Shown: positions 27,826 to 41,762 of the stretch, piece after piece
Numbering within the stretch: the first letter of the stretch is position 1
Layout of the letters: the number at the start of each line of letters is the position of its first letter
Assembly (NCBI GenBank): GCA_046563655.1
Contig: CM102290.1
Location: 11,904,001-11,968,000 of the forward strand
Length of the DNA stretch: 64,000 nt
Reading direction: 5' to 3'
Origin: Yuukianura sp. NJ FZ-2021
Taxonomy: Eukaryota
Position numbers and translations under genes: made by a program
The notes under the pieces: generated by a model
What the model saw: the letters and a program-made list of their open reading frames with translations, nothing else
Told to the model about the DNA's origin: nothing
Databases searched by the model: none

Positions 27826-28036
27826 CTACATTCTTAGTAGTACCGTAAATTTCCACTAAGAAACCTACATTATGCGTTACCGAAAATTTTGACTCGGAAA
27901 CCTAGCTAAATTCTAGCATTCTGAGTTAGTACCGTAAATTTCCACTAAGAACCCCACATTATGAATTACCGTAAATTTCCACTCGGAAACCTACAATCTG
28001 AGTAGTAACGTAAATTCCCACTCGGAAGCCACATTT
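27826..28036. repeat. Degenerate minisatellite, ~38-40 bp unit, about 5 copies
   Basis: Recurring taccgtaaatttccact(aa/cg)gaaacctacatt units. Confidence 0.8.
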
Positions 28037-31000
28037 CCTTATTTGAATTTACACATTTGATCTGATACAAAAACATGAAAAAGATCTCAAATGGCAATCA
28101 ATTAAAAAAATCAAAAAACACAACTTGTGAGCTCTCCCTCAACACATTTCTTGTCAAGAAAAATCAAGGCCCATTTCCTTTTACGGTAATTCACAAAAAG
28201 AGATGTTCAATGAACAAAAAAATTTGGTTAGCTACAGAATGTCAACTTTGAAAAGCACAAGCTACGCTAATTTTTAGGTTTGCTCAATGATTTGGGGCGG
28301 GGTAGGCAAAACGCACTTTACACTCTTATGGCATTGGCAACTTGAAAATTTTGGACAACATCATCCTGAGGGTAGAGAACAAACGCGTGTTTAACAGTTG
28401 TTTTTCACAAATTATTTGTTTATATGCATATTTTTGAAAAAAAAAAAATTATTACTCCTGTTTTTATGCTTTGGCGGATTACCAATCATGCGAAAACCCA
28501 AAGGGCCTCTCTGTGAATGTTTTTTTAAACTGAGACAATCTGATTTAAAAAAAAAGTATTATTTTTTATTTTAGGAAGTTTTTTCACTTTTCAACAAAAA
28601 ATTGATGAGATTCCATCTCAACGCCGCTTGCCACTGAATTATGTTCAATAAAACGTGAAAAAGTCTAAAAAAAATTCTTGTAAAAAAAATTTCCCATCGA
28701 TTCCGAAAAAAAAATCCCATCTTGAGAAAAAAAAAATTTCCTCAACGTTTTTGAAAAAAACGAAAAAAATTTCTCACCCTTTATTCTTTTTCTATGGAAA
28801 AAAAAATGTAATATTTGTTGTTCTAATCGAATTATGAAAAACATTATGAAAAATTTGTGCCTGCATGTTGTAAAACTATCAGCTCAAGTTGCTTTCCTCA
28901 TTGTAGCTACCAAAAGCAACGTTAAATCTGTTTTGTACGCTGAAGTATCTCACTCATTGAATTAATTAGTAATCTAAAAATAATTTTTAGATACGAATTA
29001 CAACAACACAGAAACTATATCAAGCTAAAAGTTCTTACATAGCTCCAGTTCAAAATCCTGGTGTGGTTCCATAGCCTTTCGTACAGGAATAAAATGTCGG
29101 TTCAAAAATTGTTTCAGATTCGTTTTTAAATAAACCGTATTGCACTTTTTACAATTTTCAAATTGCAATTTCACTCCCTCATCATAACTATTTACAACTT
29201 CACATCCATTAATCCTACATTTATCTACACTTTCCCCTGGAATTCCGAGATTCGAACTAAATTTTTTTTCAAAATGACGAAACTAAAATCCGAAAATTCC
29301 TCTTTTCAATGCCACTGCAGCTCAAAAAAACAAAATCCAGTCAACTATTATTACTCTTCACAGCAAAACTTTCCAAAAAATCTCCAAAATCCTAATTTGC
29401 AATGCAGAACTTGGAACACAACTTTACACTGTTGTCTATTATCCAACGTCAACGTGTCACTCAGCGTCTATAAATATTTGCACCGCTCCGCTCAAGCGCC
29501 TAAAACCTCTTGAACGCAAAATACCGAGGCCATGGTACGGTTTCGCACCTCCAGAGCGGGATTAATATTTACAAGATTAATTCCGTAGTACGGTGCTGAT
29601 AATAGCCACTTCTACGCAAATATTTAACCATGAAGCAAAATAATACAAGTCAAATCAACATGCGAATACACGCGTAATCACTGTCGCTTATACACGCTAA
29701 AAAACCCCACTGCCCCTCAAAACCTTGGCTAGAAACCACTTCCACTACGTAACGGTAAACACAAACGTTAGTCAGCAAATATTGGCAGTTGACTATGTCA
29801 ACTTGACATAACTTTGGCATTCACAACCGCATATCCGCACTCTCACTCTGTTCAGTCATTTCATTCCGAATCCTATTCTTAGGAAGAGGAAGTCAAAAAT
29901 ACGCAATAAGCAAGAATTTCTCAGCAAAAGTAAACTAAAGAAAATTAGAGCAAAATTGAATTTGATCCGTTTGAAAATACTTCCTTGTTAAAAATCTTTA
30001 TAAAGTCGTAATTCAATACACTGGTAGCGTCGTACATTCAAAATAAAAATGAATCAAGTACAAGATCGTCAAAAATCGTCAGACTAGAACAGGAATCAAG
30101 TTAAATAGCAAATGGGTGTTACACTAGTAGCGACGGTAAAAAAAAAGCTAAATTCAGAGAATCTCGAGTTCCTAATATGTTTAAAATGTTACTTCAAGCA
30201 CAATGGATTAGCATTTTACATTAGAACATCAACTCCCCACCAACCAAAAACTAATGATCCATGAACTTCATTTGTTCACTTTATACTTTCCGAACAAATC
30301 CATTTAGGTTCCAGCATCCAGCACACAATGCAGTTTTTGCTGCTGTTACTAGTTCGAAAGAAACCATCGAATAGAACTAATGATCCGAAAATCAATTCAA
30401 CTGAATCTTAATCAACAAAACTTTCACCAACAAATTCACTCAACATCGAGCAACTCATACTCAACTATCAGATTTATACCAAAAATGAGTTTCAAATGCA
30501 CCCAACTAAATTTTTTTCAAAAAAAAAGTGTTTCGATGTTTCCGAAAACCAAAAACTTTAGCCGAAGTACTTTTTTTTAGTTCATTTCCGTACAGTAGCA
30601 AAAATAAAACTAATTTCCCAACACGTCGGAGAAATCCAACTAAAAAATCGAGACAACCGAGAGAAAAAGTGACTTGCCGGAAACGGAAGTTATGTTCTAA
30701 GTACTACAAAAAATTTCAAAAAAACACACTAGAACTTCCATTTTGAAATTTCGAAAATGAGCGTCAAGAGATACATCTCTTGTACAGTTCCATCGTACAT
30801 AAACCAACGCAACGTGAAGCAAGCAACACACTCGAACGCATTGTCTACTGTTCAGAATCTACTGACAAGTGACTTGACGGATCTTGACAGGGAATAAATT
30901 AGTCACCGTCACAACTCTACACACTTTTAGCATCCAGCAGTGTACAGTTCAAAGGCGTTCCAAACTTAAAACATCGCCAACACTAATTCTACCTCTTCCG

Positions 31001-32195
31001 CACTTCCTCGGTTTCAATTTTCAAAAAATTCAAACAAATTAAAAACCTCTCACAAAAAATACTCCCTATTCCGCATCAGAATCTGACAAATTTGTTCATT
31101 TTATGTTCGATTGAATTGACTTTAATTAGCACCAGCTCAAACGACAGTTTCAAGTCGTAAACCGTCCGAAATTGTTTCAGCCTCCAAATTTTTTAAGCAT
31201 GCTTTTTCCGTTTTTGATGTTCCTAAACTGTTGTTCGTCGTGGGTGGCTTTTGAAAATAAAGCACATCTCTCGTTCCTCTGTCTCCGTGTTGGATTCAGA
31301 TGTCACTTTTGGAAGTAGTGCAAAAATAATTCAAATCTTTTCCAACTACATAGTATGTCGACTCCCATGTCCTCTCGAGGTCTTTAAGTGCATACTTAGT
31401 TTAGTGTGTATTATTACACACATTCTACAATTCTAACGAAGAATTCCTTCTTTCCATAACACAAGTTCAGGTCGATTCCCTTCTGATTCTTCCGCAGATT
31501 ACTTCAACAACATCTCAAATGCCGCTGCTGCTTCCCGGGATGAGGCCCAGGAGGAAACTTCAAATTCTTTTTACAAAAGTAACGAGAAAAAAAAAATAAT
31601 ACTAAAAATTTGGTTAAGGTAAGCCTAAATTACATCAATTGTAACCTCCGCCGCCAATTTTGTATCCAATCAATGGTTACAGCGGGTGGTTGCATTACAA
31701 TACGGTGGTTACAAAAGTTAAACTCTAACCTAGCAATCTGTATTGTAACCACTCAGTGGATACAAAGTCACCAGGGTGGTTACAATGGACATAATTCAGG
31801 TTTACCCCAACCAAAATGTTTTAAAATAAAAAATGCTGAAATTTTTTTCCCTTGCATCATTTCATTATTCCGTTTTGAAAAAGTAACTAAATCAACTTTT
31901 GCAACACCCACAAATTTAATGAGCGCAGAATCACAGAAGTACGCACAAATCAAAACCGAATTCCAAATCAGTCCAGTCGCTTTTCGCTTTATACGACAAA
32001 GAAAAAACAAATTTTGTGCAATAGTTGCACTTTTTAAATTTTTCGGGAATACTAAACATCACAACTGCCAAAAAAAATCCATTTCTTGAAAAACCGTCGT
32101 ATTCAACCAAGCTTAAAACCAAACTTACATTACGCACCACAACTTCAACCATTAATCATTTTACAAGATCACACAGAAATTTTGAAATTCCATAA

Positions 32196-33961
32196 ACCTG
32201 TTCTCTAACTTTTTGACGTAACAAAATTTTTAAAAATTCACTTGTACACTTACTTTTTGAGGATTTGGAATTTTGAAAAATTCAGCTGAAATTCAACTTT
32301 TGGATATATATTTGGCTTGCCGAGGATTCACGCGTACTCTACCGTCTTGACATATCGGTCTCGTGAAAAATTGACCAGTTCTTTACCTTTTTGACGTGTC
32401 CAAATTTTTAAAAATTCACTTGTACACTTACTTTTTGAGGATTTGGAATTTTGAAAAATTCAGCTGAAATTCAACTTTTGGATATATTTGGCTTGCCGAG
32501 GATTCACGCGTACTCTACCGTCTTGAAATGTCGGTCTCGTGAAAAATTGACCTGTTCTCTAACTTTTTGACGTGTCCAAATTTTTAAAAATTCACTTGTA
32601 CACTTACTTTTTGAGGATTTGGAATTTTGAAAAATTCAGCTGAAATTCAACTTTTGGATATATTTGGCTTGCCGAGGATTCACGCGTACTCTACCGTCTT
32701 GACATATCGGTCTCGTGAAAAATTGACCAGTTCTCTAACTTTTTGACGTGTCCAAATTTTTAAAAATTCACTTGTACACTTACTTTTTGAGGATTTGGAA
32801 TTTTGAAAAATTCAGCTGAAATTCAACTTTTGGATATATTTGGCTTGCCGAGGATTCACGCGTACTCTACCGTCTTGAAATGTCGGTCTCGTGAAAAATT
32901 GACCTGTTCTCTAACTTTTTGACGTGTCCAAATTTTTAAAAATTCATTTGTACACTTACTTTTTGAGGATTTGGAATTTTGAAAAATTCAGCTGAAATTC
33001 AACTTTTGGATATATTTGGCTTGCCGAGGATTCACGCGTACTCTACCGTCTTGAAATGTCGGTCTCGTGAAAAATTGACCTGTTCTCTAACTTTTTGACG
33101 TGTCCAAATTTTTAAAAATTCACTTGTACACTTACTTTTTGAGGATTTGGAATTTTGAAAAATTCAGCTGAAATTCAACTTTTGGATATATTTGGCTTGC
33201 CGAGCTTTCACGCGTACTCTACCGTCTTGAAATGTCGGTCTCGTGAAAAATTGACCTGTTTTCTAACTTTTTGACGTGTCCAAATTTTTAAAAATTCACT
33301 TGTACACTTACTTTTTGAGGATTTGGAATTTTGAAAAATTCAGCTGAAATTCAACTTTTGGATATATTTGGCTTGCCGAGCTTTCACGCGTACTCTACCG
33401 TCTTGAAATGTCGGTCTCGTGAAAAATTGACCTGTTTTCTAACTTTTTGACGTGTCCAAATTTTTAAAAATTCACTTGTACACTTACTTTTTGAGGATTT
33501 GGAATTTTGAAAAATTCAGCTGAAATTCAACTTTTGGATATATTTGGCTTGCCGAGCTTTCACGCGTACTCTACCGTCTTGAAATGTCGGTCTCGTGAAA
33601 AATTGACCTGTTTTCTAACTTTTTGACGTGTCCAAATTTTTAAAAATTCACTTGTACACTTACTTTTTGAGGATTTGGAATTTTGAAAAATTCAGCTGAA
33701 ATTCAACTTTTGGATATATTTGGCTTGCCGAGCTTTCACGCGTACTCTACCGTCTTGAAATGTCGGTCTCGTGAAAAATTGACCTGTTCTCTAACTTTTT
33801 GACGTGTCCAAATTTTTAAAAATTCACTTGTACACTTACTTTTTGAGGATTTGGAATTTTGAAAAATTCAGCTGAAATCAACTTTTGGATATATTTACCT
33901 TGCCGAGAATTCACGCGTACTCTACCGTCTCGAAATGTTGGTCTCGTAAAAAATTGACCTG
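32196..33961. repeat. Tandem satellite array, 10 copies of a 176-bp unit
   Basis: The anchor cttgtacacttac recurs at 32241, 32419, 32595, 32771, 32947 (one variant base), 33123, 33299, 33475, 33651 and 33827. Copies are nearly identical. Confidence 0.98.
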
Positions 33962-36900
33962 AGAGTTCTAAATTCAACCACAAAAAAAAACCTAAATTAC
34001 GGAAACTGTAGATTTTCAACAACTTGGTGACTACCGTGTTAGACATTCGGAAATTAACAGAGCCTTTCCCAGTTCCATTCCAAAAGTGACGCAGTAAAGC
34101 GACATTTCATTTTCCAAAAATTGATCTCTTTCTGCATATAAACGCAAAACGCTGAAGAGTGAAATGAAAACTAAAATGTCACGATGATGAAAAACTTACA
34201 GCCTGGAGAAGGTGCTTGCTTCCGGGTACACCGATAGGGTTGGCATGAGCCTGGCTCTATTTTTCCATACATTGTACGATCCATATTCCAAAAACCCCGA
34301 ATTTGGAACTTTTTCAAATTCCTTTTTTTAAACAACAAAAACACAACTGCTGGAAGAGTAGAACAAATTGTCAACTATTTTGTAATTAACCTTTGACTTT
34401 AAAACATTTAGCCTGGCAGAGTAGAACTTATGGCAGAGGCAGATAAGTGAATGAGAGGCTTTGATTGAATGTTCCCTCTACTTTCCCGGTTTTAGTTAGG
34501 AAGGAGCCGAGAAAACCCCGATTTCGGATTTGGCATGAGCATTTTCCCATCTTCAACGAGGAAGACAGAAACATCTTCCAACATTCTCCCCATCTCCAGC
34601 ACCAGCAGTTTCTTTACTTCCTAAAAGTTTGAATCTTTAATTCAATTCCCATCTCTCCCACTACTTCATTCAGCAGCATCTTAAACAAAAAATTCTTGCT
34701 TGTCTTAGCACTTTGTAGACCAAATCCTACCAGGGTGGAGAATACCCGGGTAAAGTTAGGTACTACACTTAACATACTAAAAACTCAAGCTAAACTGGTT
34801 CCCAGAAACATGTCACAGTAGTCACCATGCGAAAATGATGTACACTCTTAAAATTTTTTAACAAATCCTAACACTCTGAGCACCGCCATTTCATCTATAG
34901 TAACATTTTTTAAGAAGTGAGTGACTCAACCAAAGTTTCTAACAAACTAAAACCAACTAAAAGCTCTAGCCTAAAACATTTTTACCCAAAACTTAAAGCT
35001 TTTCCCAAAAAATCAACATTTTTTCAACAAAACTCGAATTCTAATGTCAACTCTGGCAGCACAAACAACAAATTGCAACCGCTAAAGTGCTAAAGATTGC
35101 ATAAATTGTCCTGTAGAAAGCCTAGTCAAATCTAGCATCAGATAAAACTTTCCAAAAATAAATAAATCAATAAAAATTTTCGAACAAAATACTTAACCAC
35201 TTTTTTGAAAACGAAATATTCCTATCCCAAAACCAACTTCGACGCACCAGCAACGAATTGCACAAAACAAAGTTTTAAGTTCTACATATTTTTAACAAAT
35301 CTAACAAACAATAAACTAAAACACAAATGTAGTAACGCTTTTTACTTAAAAAAAAAAGAGAATGACTACAACTCCAAAATCCGAAATCTAGGTATACACT
35401 GGGTAATTTGACTTTCAGATGGAAAGTTAGTTCAAAAACAAAAATAAGAAATTGCGTCGTTTGAAATTTAGCATCACTTTTGGTTAGGTATAAAAGTTTA
35501 GGTGAAGGAATAACAGTAGCAACAAATTAACGTCAATGTTTACTCTTTGACATTCGCTACAAAACAAACGCGGGGTGTAGAGTTGAAGGGAATTCGGTGG
35601 TGAACAAAAACGAGATGAAAATCGATCTAAAAAACGGAAATGGGTTCCACCATAGTGCAATTTCCGTTTCTAGGAAGATGAAATAAAAAAGGAAAGGCAC
35701 ATTAGAAGAGCAGTTGAAGAGTTATCACACTGATTTATGTTTTGTGTATGAATGTCAGAGACTTTCAATAAATCAGGATTTAAACCAGGGAGGGACTTTA
35801 TCATCATGTTGTAGGTTCGCTGCACTTGCTTTTGCTTAAATCAGAAACCAAAACTGCATCTTCTTCGCACCAACCACTAACATGAACATTCTAAATCTGC
35901 ACTGAAAGCAAAAGCCACCTTCAATTCAATTCCGTCTACTAACACTTCTTCCTGTCCTTGAGTCTAATTTAATAACAAAAGGCAGGAGTTATGAAGAGAT
36001 GAAGAAAAAATGTACTTTGAATGTTACTTTGAACATCATAAATTCTAAGCTCCACCCAGGACACATAGCATCTTCAAAGACTTTGACGATGTAAGTGAGC
36101 CATAAATGAGGCAAATAAAAACGATTCCAAGTCTATTATACTCCGAAGATCCTTATAGAATCATCCATGTCGGACTTAAAAAGAAGACAGGAATGTTTCA
36201 CAATGGCACGGGCATGCGCGGCACAGAAAAGGAAATTTGAAGTTGACATTACAACGAGCAACAATGGCTACAATGGTAATGAAAACGTTCGTTTGGTGGA
36301 AGAAGTACTACTTGAATGTACGTGTCATATAAAATATACGCTACATAATTTTAACATAAGAGCCACATTGGACGAGAAATTGAAAACTGCATATTCAAAA
36401 GCCCAAAAAGTAAAACCGAAAAGCGTAGGAATGGGATTTTTGGTTTTATAATCGGTTCACGATTAGACTTTCCAAGTATCATATGCAACAAACAAGTCAA
36501 AAATTATACTTTGCCAGTACCGATTACTTGTTACGCGCTTTTGGTTGTTAGTACTTACAAGTTTTACAAGTTTGGCTTTTCAAGCGAGGTCAGCCTTAAT
36601 ATTAGTAGTTATAATTGGAAAACTTACTCAAGTCTTCCATAGTACTGGTGCTGACTGGGGTAAAAACAGTAATGTCCAATCCAATCGTTGTCTTCAAGTG
36701 GCGGTTTTGATGATGTCGGATAGTGTAAGTGTTTAATCGAAGTCAGACAGGAAGTGACTCCGCGGATGACAAAGAAGGAATTTACTCTTGCGATGAATAT
36801 ATAGATGACCCGGCCGGCCTATGACATCACAAAAAAAAAACAATCGTTAAACCCAATCATGCTCAATTAATCATCAGACATAATGATATTACGACTACTA

Positions 36901-37960
36901 AAAAGTATATGGGTCACCAGTCATCGTCAATATCAACAGCACTAAAGTTTAGCGACTAAACTAATTTACCTCCAATGTCAACTTCTCTTGTTTACAGTCT
37001 CAGATGACCTGTTTCCTTTAAGGAAACAGGAACAGACCTTCCTTTTCAGTTAACAAATGATGATGTGACAACAGACTAACCAATCGATGACTCATCCAGC
37101 AGTACTTTCTAAATATATCTAAACACTTTTTGTAGTGAAAGGTCAAACTTACTGTTCGGTTCTCCTCAACACATGAAATGATGAAAAGCAGACACAGCTT
37201 CAACCAGTTGAGTTCATGTGACACCAAACCACCAAGTTATCCAAGGTCAAGAGCAAACCAAAAGATGAGAATAGCAAGATGTACCCAACGAGGAAGTTCC
37301 AGAAAGTGAGTGTGTTCGTCTTTTTACTCCCAAAATTTCCACTTTTGGCGAGACTGGGTCAACTCTTGTGGTGGTTCAGTTCCCCGCTCCCAGTAATTAC
37401 TAAAACTTATGCCAAATTACTAATTGAATAAGGATGACAACGGGCAGGATGCACCGACAATTAAAAATAGCCCAAATGAAATGAATTTGCAAACTTTGTG
37501 TCAAGATTTTTGCTCAAAGATTTCATTCAATCTTCAAAGTGTGGAATTCGAGCGCCTTCTCCCTTGAAAATCAAAGTGAGATCATCACTTTCCTTATCCA
37601 CTTCACTTTGTCACTTCCTTCTCCTTAACCGCAATTGCAATTTCTGCAAGTTTGCAAAATTTGGCAAAATGTATGCTACCTGATATCGGTTTTTGCAACT
37701 TATCAATCATTACTAGTCAACCACATCCGAGGGAAGGCTTCTTCTGGTTTCCTAAGAACTTGTTACATTTGCTGCTGGGAACGGGAAGTAACTCCCCGGA
37801 TGACGTCGCCGGATGATTGATTATTATGACTCAACACTGTACAAACCACAATCAAGTTCCCTGACCTTAATGGCCACTTTTAATTAGTAACGTTCTTACT
37901 GAATTAGTTTAACAAAATATATAAGTTATTAATTCGAAATGAGAGTGTCTCAAGAGCAAT

Positions 37961-40277
37961 CTACCAATTTGAAAAATTAAAACCAGAGTCACTAGCGCTT
38001 TTCAGGGCTTTCTTCTTTTCTCCCTCTTCCAGTGCTGGGACGTCCCATCTAAAACGAAAAGTAAACTAGTATTTCTACATTCAAATATAGGTATGCTGAA
38101 TAAGTAACATAATGTTGAGGTAGCATACTTTCGCTTCTGGAGGTACTTCCCGACACCAGAGGAACCTTTGACAGGCTTGTACTCAATTGCTTTTGGCTTC
38201 GTTTCTTCCCTGATCCTCTCCTTTTCTTCCGTTTCCGTGTCTTTGTTGCGTTCTGCCTTGATCGCTGCATCAACTTCTTCGTAAGGACTGGCAAATACTT
38301 CTGTTTTCAAAATCACAATTTCTTCTAGCGGTCTATCTTTGTTATCCACTTCAATCTTTTCCATATTTGAAAGTGTATCCAATCCACCCACAACGTGACC
38401 AAAAACAGTATGTTTTCCATCCAAGTACTTGCAGGAGCGGTATGTGATAAAACTGTAAGAATGTGGTATCGTCAATTAGCAATTTCACATTGACAACAAC
38501 GTTAACTGTAAGCTTACAATTGAGATTTGTTTGTCCCAGGCCCACTGTTAGCCATGGACAGCATCCCACGTCCAGAGTGGTGTAAGTTAGGGCGAATTTC
38601 ATCATTAAATGGTTTCCCCCAAGCACTTTCGCCTCCAGTCCCAGTACCTGTTGGATCTCCCCCTTGAATCTAAAGCGTTATTAGAAAATGTTGCTCAGAA
38701 TTTTGAAACACAATAAGGTCTAAAGAGCATTCGCAATCACAGTCTTACCATAAAGTGTTTTATGGATCGATGAAACTTTGTCCCCACATAGTACCCACGT
38801 TGACATAACAGAATGAAATTCTCACACGTTTTGGGTGTCTGGTCGCAGTAAAGTTCAAGATTCATCGCTCCAGCACTGGTTGTTAGTCGCACGTAACCTG
38901 AAATTCAATGTCAGAGAAAGAGAAAATCAAAGGCGGTTCCATTTTTGAAAAAAAAATTCTTGCCTTTCTTTTTGATGCGTTCGTATCGTATTGTGTCCTC
39001 ATCTAAAATAGCAGCTTCATGAACTGTCTTTACTCCCATAGATGTAGAGGTGAAACTTGCGGCTACTTCTCCAGTCGAATAATGAGCCTAAGAACAACAC
39101 TACACTCAACAATAAGTTGATTAAACAATTCAAAACGTAAAGCTTACGGCATTGACTGAGTCTGCTTTCGCCTTTACAACTTCAACGCTTTCCTGTGGTT
39201 TGTACTCTCGGTTTAGCGTATCCAACACATCCTTGGTTTCCAGTGCAAAACTCTTGATACGAGCCAAAGGATCGGTTTTAGCACGTTCCAGCTCTAGCAA
39301 ATGAAAAAGTTTTCAGTAAGCATAGCTGGAGGTTTGGAAAATGTTAATGTTAGATTCTCACCATCGTTCTTGATTTTCAAATTCTTCTTCAAATGATGGA
39401 AGTTCTCCAAGTTAAACTTTCGAAGATTACTGGGATCCTGAATCGTGATTATGTCGGCTCTAGATAATTTGATTTTCATTCATTAGTTAAATAAAAATCT
39501 GATTAAAATGCATTACAACGCGAGTTACCGCACAAATGGGGTATCCTCTAGAAGCTCTTTCCAATTTTTGGCCTTAATGTTCAGTTCATCAATAGCCTAG
39601 ATTTAGATTATCAAATAAATCATTAATCTTTAAACCCAAATTAGAACTTTGAGTGAATTTTGTTATGATTTTTGTCGAACTAACCTCAAATGAAAAGACA
39701 TTTCCAGTCGATTTGATGGCCACAATGTGAGAATTTTCGGTGAAGGTTTTGAACATAACTGGGCAGTGGTACTCTCCTTCAGCATTCTTGTGGAAGTTCA
39801 ATTTGGTCAATGACTTGACATCCATTTTTTCCCCAGTGATCGGATTGCATTTGAACTTGGCATGGAAGGGGTGAATTGCCATGAGATCAAAGACGTTTCC
39901 ATGTTGGTCACAGTAAGGTATTTCGAAGGGCTGGAGTGAGAGGGCACAGTGGTCAAATGGTAGACGTCTAAATTCAGCCTTCGCCGCTGCACTTCGATTA
40001 GCTTGCTTTCCACCGTATAATGTAGACCATTCAGTCGTGGTCAAGTACCTGAAACCAAAAGCAGGTCAAGTTTTAGGTGCTATTTGTCAATTATTGAAGG
40101 AAATGCTGGGATTTCTTTAACATCGGTAAGTATGTGTTAAGTAACGTTACTAATAGCGTATACATAGAAAGAAGACGGAACAGATTTGCACATAACTTAG
40201 CGTGTTAGGCCAAATTGGGTGCCGTAAGCATCAAATTTTACTTACATTTTATCTTTCTGATGCTGTTTCTTCCCCAT
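37961..40277 (-). CDS. PPIL2: RING/U-box E3 ligase, peptidyl-prolyl isomerase-like 2 (Cyp60)
   Basis: [18 protein letters not shown]…[71 protein letters not shown]; ends FNFSNW*. Confidence 0.96.
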
Positions 40278-41023
40278 TTTGTCAGTTGAATTTGAATAAT
40301 ATTAGGGTAAGGTCAAAGTTAAACTAAACTCGATTCCACCCTCGATGAAGCTTGAGATGACGAAACCAGACGATCGTAATAAAGTTTCAACGCAACTAAA
40401 TGATAGAGAAAACAAATAAAATTTAAGAAATCGTTACATACAATTTCAAAAACAAAAACAAATCGGCAAGAAAACTTCCAGCTGACGGCAAAGCTCGGCA
40501 CTTTTCACTCCACGATCTCCACTCGCAGGATCGCCAATCAGAGGAGCGCGAGGGCAGTGAAAGTGCCGAGCAATGTTACACGTTTCAAGGTGTATCATTT
40601 TAAAGTAATGTTTAATGGGTCTGGGATTGGGAAAACAAAAATTCTGAAAGATTTTTTGACGGAAACGTCATAAAAAAGGAAACATAATTTTTTTGACAGA
40701 AGAAAAGTTTCTTTACCGAATCCGAAAAATTTTGGGTCCAGTTTCAAGTTTTAAAAAGATACTTTTTTTCTGGCGAATTCCACGGCTAATTTCATATTTA
40801 ATTCATAATTTTTTTTTAAAATTTTAATTCAAATAAGGAATTTAGTTTTACTAGAATAAAAATAATCGTGATTTAGTTAATGAAAAAACTGCAAAACTTT
40901 CCCATGTATGTTGCAGAGGGTGCTGTCACGTACTGTCATAATGACTATAAATGCCGACCTCTGCTCAGTTTTCAAAATTATTGCCAACATTGGATTGTGT
41001 CGAATCAGTTTGTGTAATTTATA

Positions 41024-41210
41024 CAGAGGGTTTCAGAAGTACTGTCCTATTGCCGTAAGGAGTTGAGAGGCGCTTTGCTCTTTTTCTCTCAACTTTTGTT
41101 TCACTCCAAGCACTAAACCTTATGACTGGGTTAGAGAAAAGTTGAGAGAAAAAGAGGAAAGCGCCTCTCAAGTCCTTACAACAATAGGACAGTACTTCTG
41201 AAAGCCTCTG
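41024..41210. mobile_element. Foldback MITE, Tc1/mariner-type termini
   Basis: 74-bp imperfect inverted arms (41024-41097 and 41137-41210) starting CAGAGGG and ending CCTCTG, with TA on both sides. Confidence 0.85.
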
Positions 41211-41762
41211 TATATGTAATTTGTTTTAATTTGTGGGAGTTCACGAACCTAATTTTGTGAGGTCAAAACCGGTATTTCTGTAATTGTCATCATGACCTAA
41301 ATCACGAGTACGCAGTTGACGTTTAGAGGTCAAGTGCACGTCGCGTCGCGACAACGTTCCATCTGTATGTCACTACTTTTCACTCCTGTCCTGTCAAAGT
41401 CCACGTAAGCAAATAGTTTTCAATAAGTTCTGGCCAACAGCTGCTAAATATCAGTTAGGAATGAATGAGATGATTCATCGGTTAAACTACTACGTTTCTA
41501 CTTTGGTACTAATCAGAGAGTTACTGATTTTTGGAAAATTACTAAACCTTGACTTCTTTTAGAACTTTATTAAGTAAATCAATTAAAATGGATGGAATAA
41601 ATGGCCCAAAATGTATTGAACGAAGTCAATATTTCCTAATAAACCAATGTTAAATAACCTAATCTAAATGACAACTGTTCAAAAAGTAATTTCTTTCTAA
41701 GGTTTCAGGTCGTTTTTGCTCTGCTGTGTTCGTCTTGCCAGTTACGTTAGTCAAGTTCAAGT

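Noticed and set aside
32196..33961. CRISPR-like regular array
   Set aside because: Units repeat over their whole 176 bp with no unique spacers, there are no cas genes and the context is eukaryotic. It is a satellite.
27300..37800. Many short K/F/N-rich ORFs upstream of paxillin
   Set aside because: Composition reflects A/T-run-rich noncoding DNA, with no domain signatures
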